A stretch of 64,000 nt of DNA from Candidatus Kerfeldbacteria bacterium (GTDB lineage Bacteria; Patescibacteriota; Patescibacteriia; UBA9570; XYC2-FULL-38-9), in contig JACPGJ010000008.1 of assembly GCA_016182555.1 (NCBI GenBank), positions 28,272 through 92,271 on the forward strand, written 5' to 3'. The notes below the pieces were generated by a model. It made no database searches, was not told the origin of the DNA, and worked only from the letters and a program-made list of their open reading frames with translations. This document shows, one piece after another, positions 56,766 through 64,000 of this stretch. Both the position numbers and the translations under genes were made by a program. Numbering within the stretch: position 1 is the first letter of the stretch; each line of letters opens with the position of its first letter.

Positions 56766-58253
56766 ATGAACAATACTTCCGATCGCCCTCGAACCATTCA
56801 GGTCAGCATTCCTTTTTTTGTTTTTTTATTACTCTTCATCCTGCATACTCCCCCAGCCCACGCATTCACGTTTACGAAAAATTTACTCATTACTGATAAA
56901 GAAGCTGCAGACGATCAATACCTCTCTACTGATGGCATACAAGCATTTCTGGAAGAAAAAGGTTCTATTCTAGCTAGCTATGTTACCCAAGATTCCGATG
57001 GTGCCGTAAAAACCGCTGCCGAAATTATTTCAACAGTAACGCAAAAATATTCACTCAATCCCCTGCTCTTTTTAGTCATGGGGAATAAGGAATCAAGCGC
57101 GATTACTAGCCATACCATGACCAGCGCTATTGAAAATTATTGGCTCGGTTTTGGTCGATGTGACAGCTGTTCTGAATCTGTTGCTGAACCTTATAAAGGA
57201 TTTACAAAACAAATTTACGCTGCTGCAGAACGCATACGAAACGGATATTTACAAGATATTGTGACCCGTGGATATACCATTTCTGGGTGGGGGCCAGGAA
57301 TTTCCAAAATAACCATTGATGGTGTGGAAGTGACACCAGTAAACGATATTACGGCCGCACTATATACCTATAATCCATGCGTAGGACCATACGGCGGCGC
57401 AGGTGGATACACACAATTCGGATGCAACTCACTCTTTCAAAAGCTGTGGCAAGAATGGTACACATCAAAATATACCTATCGGTATCCGAGCGGTTCATTG
57501 CTGCAAATTGGAGAGGTGGTGTATTTAATTCAAGGCGGAAAAAAACACCCCTTTACCTCCAAGGGGGCGCTATTAACGAATTATCGACTGGATGAAATTA
57601 TTGCCGTCCCTGCCGTTGTTGGCGAACAATATGAACTGAGTACACCAATTCAATTTTCAGAATATTCCCTCCTACAAGATCCTGCTGGCACGATATATAT
57701 GTATGTGGATGGTAAAAAACGAGGTTTTACGAGTCGCCAAGCGTTACTCACCAATGGTTTTTATCCTGAGGAAGCTGTCGCCGTAACCTGGAAAGATATT
57801 CACGCGATTCCTGATGGAGAACCAATTACAACGTATACTGCTCATCCATTGGGTATGGTTGTACAAAATGCGACCACTGGTGCGGTGTCGTATATTGACT
57901 CAAAAAACCACATTCACCCCATTTGGTCAAAAGAAATTTTGCAAAACCGATTCCCCGGGCAAACGATTGTTCAACAAACTCCAGAGGACTTGGCACAATA
58001 CGAAGCAGGAGCACCAGTGCAGTTAAAAGATGGAACCTTGGTACGCAGTGTTTCAGGAAATGCGGTATATGTCATTTCCAACCACCATCGTCGACCATTT
58101 GCTTCACGAGAAGTTTTTGATAGCTATGGATATGAATGGCATCGCGTTATTCAAGTACCACAAAACGTGCTACAATTACATGCAAAAGGGAAATATATCA
58201 AATTAGAAACGGTGAAACCAAAGAAGAAAAAACATTCATCATCCAAAAAATAA
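56766..58253 (+). CDS. Secreted protein: putative lysozyme-like N-terminal domain plus ~4 C-terminal repeats
   Basis: Signal peptide (AHA-F); LNPLLFLVMGNKESS, TAALYTYNP; repeats of G-x-L-x-Q..VY.I..GKKRxFxS. Confidence 0.7.
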   Translation: MNNTSDRPRTIQVSIPFFVFLLLFILHTPPAHAFTFTKNLLITDKEAADDQYLSTDGIQAFLEEKGSILASYVTQDSDGAVKTAAEIISTVTQKYSLNPLLFLVMGNKESSAITSHTMTSAIENYWLGFGRCDSCSESVAEPYKGFTKQIYAAAERIRNGYLQDIVTRGYTISGWGPGISKITIDGVEVTPVNDITAALYTYNPCVGPYGGAGGYTQFGCNSLFQKLWQEWYTSKYTYRYPSGSLLQIGEVVYLIQGGKKHPFTSKGALLTNYRLDEIIAVPAVVGEQYELSTPIQFSEYSLLQDPAGTIYMYVDGKKRGFTSRQALLTNGFYPEEAVAVTWKDIHAIPDGEPITTYTAHPLGMVVQNATTGAVSYIDSKNHIHPIWSKEILQNRFPGQTIVQQTPEDLAQYEAGAPVQLKDGTLVRSVSGNAVYVISNHHRRPFASREVFDSYGYEWHRVIQVPQNVLQLHAKGKYIKLETVKPKKKKHSSSKK

Positions 58254-58258
58254 CGCTT

Positions 58259-59023
58259 ATGCCACTTGTTTTTACCGCCGCCATTCCGAACGCTCCAGCA
58301 CTTGCTTCAGAACTTGCTCCTGATTTTTCAGGTACACATTCAAAAACGTATACCGCGTTACAAGAACTCATTGGCGAGCTCTATTTCATGAAACCAGATA
58401 CGCTCATTTTTTTAACTGCCGCAGGTTCACAAATACCGGAATTGATGAACACGAATATTTCCAGCACCCTACGCAATAAAACACTGAATCACTGTTTTAA
58501 CAGTGATGTCGAATTTGCTGCGCATTTAAAAGAAACAATAGATTTAGGAGAGAGAAAAGAGCCCATGACGATTATTGCCGAAACAGACGTGGCGCCAGAA
58601 GTCAGTGTACCGCTGGCATACGTGCTTGCGCACTTAGAAAAAACAAAAGTGGTCATGGTATCCACAGCGCAGTTATCATTGAAAGAACATTATGCATTTG
58701 GCGAATTTTTGCGACATGCAGCACTCGATACCAATAAACGAGTGGCCGTACTCGCTTCTGGTTCACTTGGAGTCACTGAACATACAGCAGATACGCACGC
58801 ACAAACATTTGATACACTCTGTTGTGATTTTATTCGCCACAAAGAACAGGAAAAAATTCTTCAAATCAATCCAGAAATTATTCAAACGGCAAAGGCCGAT
58901 ATTGTCCAACCATTATCTGTATTACTTGGCGTCATTCATAAATTGAATGTTCGCCCAGAGGTATTGTCCTACGAATTGTTGCATGGTGCTGGGCAACTCG
59001 TTGCCAATTTTGTGCTGTTATAA
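58259..59023 (+). CDS. Degenerate MEMO1/LigB (AmmeMemoRadiSam B-like) fold protein
   Basis: MPLVFTAAIP, PDTLIF, VPL, EHYAFG, KRVAVLASG, VLSYE..G.G.LVANF pattern; metal His residues absent. Confidence 0.65.
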   Translation: MPLVFTAAIPNAPALASELAPDFSGTHSKTYTALQELIGELYFMKPDTLIFLTAAGSQIPELMNTNISSTLRNKTLNHCFNSDVEFAAHLKETIDLGERKEPMTIIAETDVAPEVSVPLAYVLAHLEKTKVVMVSTAQLSLKEHYAFGEFLRHAALDTNKRVAVLASGSLGVTEHTADTHAQTFDTLCCDFIRHKEQEKILQINPEIIQTAKADIVQPLSVLLGVIHKLNVRPEVLSYELLHGAGQLVANFVLL

Positions 59024-59027
59024 AACA

Positions 59028-60704
59028 ATGATCGCACAGATTATTCCGTATACTCGAACAATCCGTGGCAAGGAATTTTTTGATTATGCTATTCCTGAAG
59101 GCATGGTTGTTACACCGGGTATGGTGGTCATCATCCCCTTTCGTTCACTGAAAATATTTGGCCTCGTATGGAATGTAGGAAAAACAAGTGTTCACATCAA
59201 ATTAAGACCGATCATATCTGTTGTGACCAATGATTTATGGGGCAATAGTGAACGTCAACATTTTCTTCAATGGTTTGCAGCATATTATGCAATATCTCTT
59301 CCGCATGCATGGAAAACAATGCAATACCCATTGTTGAAAAAACCAAAACCAATCGCCCACTCCATATTTGCGTTACACAAAGAACACTCCACAACAACCG
59401 TGCGTATTCCCTATTCCCAAGTACAACACATACAAGAAGCGATAAAAACCATTGCTTCTTCGCGAATCAATCTTGTTCACTATAGCCACCGCGATGATTG
59501 TTTAGCGTTCTATCTCTCCTATGTGCAGCGCAGCCAAGGAACAACGTTAATTATTATACCGGAATACCATACGATGAAGGCGCTTGCCTCTGCATTGCAA
59601 CATATTCCAATCTGCATCGTGCCAGATAATGCATCACCATCGTTTTGGCATGCCTTGGTGGAAACCCTACATCATAATTCAAACGCGCCACGCATTGTGC
59701 TCGCAACAAAAAAAGCAATGTTTTTGCCCATGCAATATTTCCAAACAGTTATTTTGGACCAAGAACATTCCGCATTCCATAAACAGGTCGACCTCAACCC
59801 ACGTTATCATGTACGCGATCTATTCTATAAGCTTGCTGGCCAGAAACAGAAACAAATGGCTACACCTTGGCCAATATTCATACTCACCAGCCACGCACCA
59901 AGCATGGAAGCCGAATACCACAAACAGCAACACCATGATGTATCAATTGATATTCGCCGCCCAGCATCATCTGCACGCGTTATGGTCGTCAATATGGAAG
60001 ATGAAAAACGAAATAAAAACTATTCTTGGTTTTCAGAAGCATTACTCCACCGGATATCAACCTCGCAGCATGCATTGCTCTTTTTAAATCGTACTGGTCG
60101 GTTTAGTGTTGCCATCTGCAATGACTGTTCCACCATTCTACCGCTAGAAACTACTGTCTGTTCGCATTGTCACGGAGCCCATATTCGTTTTGCGAGTAAA
60201 GGAACTGAGCGTTTAGAAGAAGAACTCCATGAACTCTTTCCACAAAAAAAGATTTTTCGTATTGACCGACATCAAGATGAAAAACAATTAGCCACTGATG
60301 AGTGGAAAGATGCAGAAATTATTGTGGGCACAGAAAAAATTTTTCGTTTTGTTCCACTCCATTTTTTTGACTTGATTGGTATATTATCCATCGACCATTT
60401 GCTTGTTTATCCTCATTTTCAAGCCCATGAACGAGTATTCCAATTACTCACCATGCTCTTTTTTTCTGGTAGACCAGTCATCATACAAACGCATGCTCCT
60501 GAACATCCACTCATTTCCGCCGCTGTAACAAACAGCTATGACACGTATGCAAAAAATGAATTGGAAATACGTACTGTACTGAAGTTACCACCAATATATC
60601 CAGCGATACAACTCATTGACACAAAAACGAAAAAACGAGTACGCCTACAAGGAACACTCGATGTTTCAACACTCTCTCCGACAACGGTAGTTGATCGATT
60701 ATAG
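59028..60704 (+). CDS. priA: Degenerate primosomal protein N' (PriA-like)
   Basis: FDYAIP..GMVVIIPF, IIIPE, LDQEH..KQ..PRYHVRD, LFLNR.G, GTERLEEEL..FP, RIDR, IVGT, IQT, LPP; upstream of def-fmt. Confidence 0.8.
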   Translation: MIAQIIPYTRTIRGKEFFDYAIPEGMVVTPGMVVIIPFRSLKIFGLVWNVGKTSVHIKLRPIISVVTNDLWGNSERQHFLQWFAAYYAISLPHAWKTMQYPLLKKPKPIAHSIFALHKEHSTTTVRIPYSQVQHIQEAIKTIASSRINLVHYSHRDDCLAFYLSYVQRSQGTTLIIIPEYHTMKALASALQHIPICIVPDNASPSFWHALVETLHHNSNAPRIVLATKKAMFLPMQYFQTVILDQEHSAFHKQVDLNPRYHVRDLFYKLAGQKQKQMATPWPIFILTSHAPSMEAEYHKQQHHDVSIDIRRPASSARVMVVNMEDEKRNKNYSWFSEALLHRISTSQHALLFLNRTGRFSVAICNDCSTILPLETTVCSHCHGAHIRFASKGTERLEEELHELFPQKKIFRIDRHQDEKQLATDEWKDAEIIVGTEKIFRFVPLHFFDLIGILSIDHLLVYPHFQAHERVFQLLTMLFFSGRPVIIQTHAPEHPLISAAVTNSYDTYAKNELEIRTVLKLPPIYPAIQLIDTKTKKRVRLQGTLDVSTLSPTTVVDRL

Positions 60705-60725
60705 AAAATATGGTAGATACAGTAT

Positions 60726-61223
60726 ATGTCTTTACGCATTTATACTATTCAAGAACCAGAAGTACGGCAGGAATCAACCCCTATTTCTGTGGAAGAATTA
60801 CGGCAACCTGCTATGCAACAATTTGCCAACGACCTTATTGAAGCAATGATTCGTTTTCAAGGTATTGGTATTGCATCGTGCCAGGTGGGTAGAACTATTC
60901 GCATGGTCGTGATTACCAAAGAATATACGGAAGAGAAAGAACACCTCGTGCTCGTTAACCCGCGTTTAGTTTCTGTCGCTGAAAAAACGTCGGTGTTAGA
61001 AGAAGGATGTTTATCCGTTCCCGGAGTATTTGGACCAGTGGAGCGACCATCAAAAGTCCGCGTGAAAGCATTATCACGTAACGGTGAACCGCTGGATATT
61101 AAAGCCAAAGGTATGCTTGCACGTATTTTACAGCATGAAATTGACCATATTAATGGAATCCTTTTTGTCGATAAAGCATCTACAATTCGGGAAACGCAAG
61201 AAGAAATTTTGACTAACGTATAA
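60726..61223 (+). CDS. def: Peptide deformylase
   Basis: GIGIASCQVG, EGCLSVP, QHEIDHING. Confidence 0.96.
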   Translation: MSLRIYTIQEPEVRQESTPISVEELRQPAMQQFANDLIEAMIRFQGIGIASCQVGRTIRMVVITKEYTEEKEHLVLVNPRLVSVAEKTSVLEEGCLSVPGVFGPVERPSKVRVKALSRNGEPLDIKAKGMLARILQHEIDHINGILFVDKASTIRETQEEILTNV

Positions 61224-61225
61224 GC

Positions 61226-62125
61226 ATGGCCAACGCAGACGCACATCATCTCCGCATCGTATTTTTCGGTACACCAGATTTTGCTGTGCCATGTTTACGT
61301 ATTCTTTCAGAACACACCACAGTGGTTGGATGCGTTACACAACCTGATAAACCACAAGGGCGAAAACAAGTACTTACTCCCCCACCAACAAAAGCATTTG
61401 CAGAGCAACAAGGCATTCTCGTATGGCAGCCCAACACATTACGCTCAAATAAACCTATTGGCCAAGAATTTCAAAAAAAATTTGCAGAACTTGCCCCTGA
61501 TGTAGCGGTTGTCGTTGCCTATGGAAAAATAATTCCAAAAGAGTTACTAAGCATTCCACGTTATGGATTTATCAATGTCCATGGATCATTATTACCAAAA
61601 TTCCGTGGCGCTTCTCCAGTGCAACAAGCGATTGCTGATGGTATGACCGAAACTGGGGTAACCATTATGCTCATGGATGAAGGGATGGATACTGGCCCAA
61701 TGCTTTCCACACACACCGTACCCATAGAGCAAACAGACACCGCAGGAACACTCTATGATAAGGTATATATCGTTGGTGCCAAACTACTTTATGAAACCAT
61801 TGTCGGATATATCAACGGGAGTATTCATCCAATTGAACAACCACACGCACAAGCTACCTATACCAAAATCATCACAAAAGAAGATGGCTTAATTGATTGG
61901 TCGACAGGCGCTGCAGCGATTGAACGGAAAATACGCGCACTCACGCCCTGGCCAGGAACATATACTATCTGTAATGGCAAACGAGTAAAAATCCTTCGTG
62001 CACATCTCAGTGAAACAAAACACCTCGTGATTGACGAGGTTCAGCCGGAAGGGAAAAAACCGATGTCGTTTACGGCGTTCAGCGCAGGCTACCCAGATTG
62101 CGCACGCACTTTTTTGGTCGTATAA
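61226..62125 (+). CDS. fmt: Methionyl-tRNA formyltransferase
   Basis: FFGTPDFA, VTQPDKP.GR, VVAYG, NVHGSLLPKFRGASP, MDEGMDTG. Confidence 0.96.
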   Translation: MANADAHHLRIVFFGTPDFAVPCLRILSEHTTVVGCVTQPDKPQGRKQVLTPPPTKAFAEQQGILVWQPNTLRSNKPIGQEFQKKFAELAPDVAVVVAYGKIIPKELLSIPRYGFINVHGSLLPKFRGASPVQQAIADGMTETGVTIMLMDEGMDTGPMLSTHTVPIEQTDTAGTLYDKVYIVGAKLLYETIVGYINGSIHPIEQPHAQATYTKIITKEDGLIDWSTGAAAIERKIRALTPWPGTYTICNGKRVKILRAHLSETKHLVIDEVQPEGKKPMSFTAFSAGYPDCARTFLVV

Positions 62126-63579
62126 AACCCAAGCCGCTTCCCCAACATCAACCGAGTTTGTGCATCTAATGCAGGAATAGAACCGAACACAATAAGGGTG
62201 ATCGGGAGAAGAATCCATTGCCCCAAAATCACCAGTACCCACATCCATTTTTTTCCTGGTGCATCTTTGGGCAACAGGAAAATATTCAATATTGCAGAGG
62301 TAAAAATGCCAATCATGGCTGAACGCATAATCCACTGCAAGACATGAGGCGCATTTTGAGCAATCACCGTTGTTTTCTCCACATCACCAGCAAACCATAG
62401 TGGTAGATATCCTAAAAATAATATTAACAGCGGAGTGGTTGACCAAGAAAACATTCCTTCCGTTAAGTTAAATACCAAATGCCATTTTTTCCGTGGTAAT
62501 TCCGATTTCCAGAAATGCCAAATCATAAATGGAAAATGCTCAATACCCCATGCCCATCGGCGTTGTTGCTTATATAAATTTTTCACTGTCTGCTTCACCG
62601 AACCGGCATGGGCAGTATCCATGGACACTGGAATATATAATGGCGTGACTTCATAGTCACCATCATAATAAATAAAACACTGTAAAAAAATACGCGAATC
62701 TTCAGTGACAATATCATTTTGCCAAAAACCGACATCGACTAATGCACGAAAACTCATACTGTGTGAAGAAAATGTCCATAACGGTTTTGGGCGGGCTAAC
62801 TCGGCCATTAACCAAAATGTGGTTGAATTTGCGACCACACGGGCAAATGAAGGCGATTCCCAAACATTGTTATTATACAATGCTAATGGTTGATAACTAG
62901 ACCGCGTTGGATTCGGGTGATTCAAATAGACATACGTTAGATGAGAAAAATATTCCGGGTGCACCACCGTATCAATATCAAACGAAGACACAATCATGTC
63001 ATCATAGTTCCAACCATGAGAATCAATAAATGCCTTCACGTGTGTGCCGGCCCAATGCAAATTCGCCCCCTTGGCGGCAATTTCTCCAGGAACATCTTTG
63101 GGGTGAATAGTCACAAGCAAACGGAAAAAAAGGTTTCCATATTCTGCTTCTATCTTGGCGACATTCTGGCGAAACGTTTCTAACTCACGCTCTTCGCCAG
63201 CAAGTACAACAATCATTTTTTCTTTTGGGTAGGATGAGTTCCGTAAAGCATCCATCGTTTGGCGCAGTACATGAATATCTTCATCAACCGTTGGTAAGAA
63301 AATAATATGATAAATTTTTTCCCACCCATCAATAGCTCGTACTTTATCCATCCATGGCACCAATTTCTGTTTTTGATATTCTCGCCAAGATAATGAAAGA
63401 TAAATAATAAAATACAATACACGCAACAGCCAATAAAAATCAAAAGCTATAGCGAAATAGATCATCCAGAGTGGACGAATATAACACAGCAGCACAACAG
63501 CAATGAGCGTAGTCCAGGCGAGTAAGCCCGGAAATATTTCCAACATGCGGTATTGACGATACGTGCGAAAAGTAAACAT
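62089..63579 (-). CDS. Membrane-bound processive-type GT2 glycosyltransferase
   Basis: N- and C-terminal TMs; KGAN, DID, VTED, QQRRWAWG (D,D,D,QxxRW); TTG at 63585 is an alternative start. Confidence 0.88.
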   Translation of the reverse strand: MFTFRTYRQYRMLEIFPGLLAWTTLIAVVLLCYIRPLWMIYFAIAFDFYWLLRVLYFIIYLSLSWREYQKQKLVPWMDKVRAIDGWEKIYHIIFLPTVDEDIHVLRQTMDALRNSSYPKEKMIVVLAGEERELETFRQNVAKIEAEYGNLFFRLLVTIHPKDVPGEIAAKGANLHWAGTHVKAFIDSHGWNYDDMIVSSFDIDTVVHPEYFSHLTYVYLNHPNPTRSSYQPLALYNNNVWESPSFARVVANSTTFWLMAELARPKPLWTFSSHSMSFRALVDVGFWQNDIVTEDSRIFLQCFIYYDGDYEVTPLYIPVSMDTAHAGSVKQTVKNLYKQQRRWAWGIEHFPFMIWHFWKSELPRKKWHLVFNLTEGMFSWSTTPLLILFLGYLPLWFAGDVEKTTVIAQNAPHVLQWIMRSAMIGIFTSAILNIFLLPKDAPGKKWMWVLVILGQWILLPITLIVFGSIPALDAQTRLMLGKRLGFYTTKKVRAQSG

Positions 63580-63590
63580 ATCCAAATAGG

Positions 63591-64000
63591 TTAAACAAAC
63601 AGATTGACTAGTTCATAGCATACACCGCCCAAAAACACCAGCTCGATGCCTCGAATCAGCGCTGGGATAGTGCGAATCGTATATTCTGGTTCTCGATCAC
63701 CAGTTCGCTTCGCCCGGAGAAACATTTCAAAAATGAGCACCCCTTGAGCACCACCGCTGACGGCACCAATAATACTAATCATTTGAATAAAATTCGTCAC
63801 GTGCAAAAGATAGAGCACAAGTGGGATAAGTAAGGCAACAAATAATGCAAAAAATTTTGGGTAGTGAAAATCGTATCGATACATTTCTTGCAGCACAAAC
63901 CCAGAAGTAATAAACGCATTGCCAATAGCCATGATACCGAAAAGCGAACCAACAACAGCAACAATGGGTCCCAGAGCACTACCAAGCCCCGCAATGGCGC
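63591..64000 (-). CDS. Amino-acid permease, aromatic/HAAAP-like (5'-partial)
   Basis: Frame open to the window edge: AIAGLGSALG..GSLFGIMA..FITSG..L.EMY.YD; TM segments; GDREPEY tail. Confidence 0.7.
   Translation of the reverse strand, partial: AIAGLGSALGPIVAVVGSLFGIMAIGNAFITSGFVLQEMYRYDFHYPKFFALFVALLIPLVLYLLHVTNFIQMISIIGAVSGGAQGVLIFEMFLRAKRTGDREPEYTIRTIPALIRGIELVFLGGVCYELVNLFV

Noticed and set aside
1-64000. rRNA, tRNA, tmRNA, SRP or RNase P genes
   Set aside because: Intergenic gaps are at most ~220 nt and none shows a cloverleaf/T-loop or other recognisable signature by eye; a tRNAscan/Rfam run would be definitive.
1-64000. CRISPR array, prophage, transposase or integrase
   Set aside because: No regularly spaced direct repeats and no ORF with Cas, phage, DDE, HUH or recombinase motifs.
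1-64000. UGA recoding (genetic code 25, Gracilibacteria/Absconditabacteria)
   Set aside because: Conserved genes are full-length under code 11, and several end at TGA at the expected position (mreB paralog 1, mrdA, gltX).

Overview
A 64-kb gene-dense chromosomal segment in standard genetic code 11 (TGA is used as a stop). It most likely comes from a Patescibacteria/CPR bacterium. That assignment is inferred from the short AlaRS, RpoA lacking its C-terminal domain, short L13, DUF4012, degenerate PriA and the near absence of Shine-Dalgarno motifs. The window holds: tRNA-modification and aminoacyl-tRNA synthetase genes (thiI, mnmA, alaS, lysS, serS, gltX); the infA-rpmJ-rpsM-rpsK-rpsD-rpoA-rplQ-rplM-rpsI operon; a flippase/glycosyltransferase/O-antigen-ligase glycan cluster; two mreB paralogs plus mreCD-mrdA; a hydrolase-murF-DegT-FemAB-GT2 cell-wall operon; def-fmt; a tandem-GGDEF protein, an orphan histidine kinase and several orphans. 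I saw no rRNA, tRNA, CRISPR array, transposase or integrase. The strongest unexplained signal is a family of ~65-100 bp nested-palindromic elements with compensatory base changes: three clear copies and one diverged. Two copies sit in-frame inside protein-coding genes (mnmA and a GT4) in opposite orientations, and one appears to supply a -35 box. Other highlights are a LysRS-HD hydrolase fusion, RpoA without alpha-CTD, many leaderless-type promoters, an actin-like Gln at the catalytic site of both MreBs, and a structured leader upstream of infA. All calls come from reading motifs by eye; no database searches were run.
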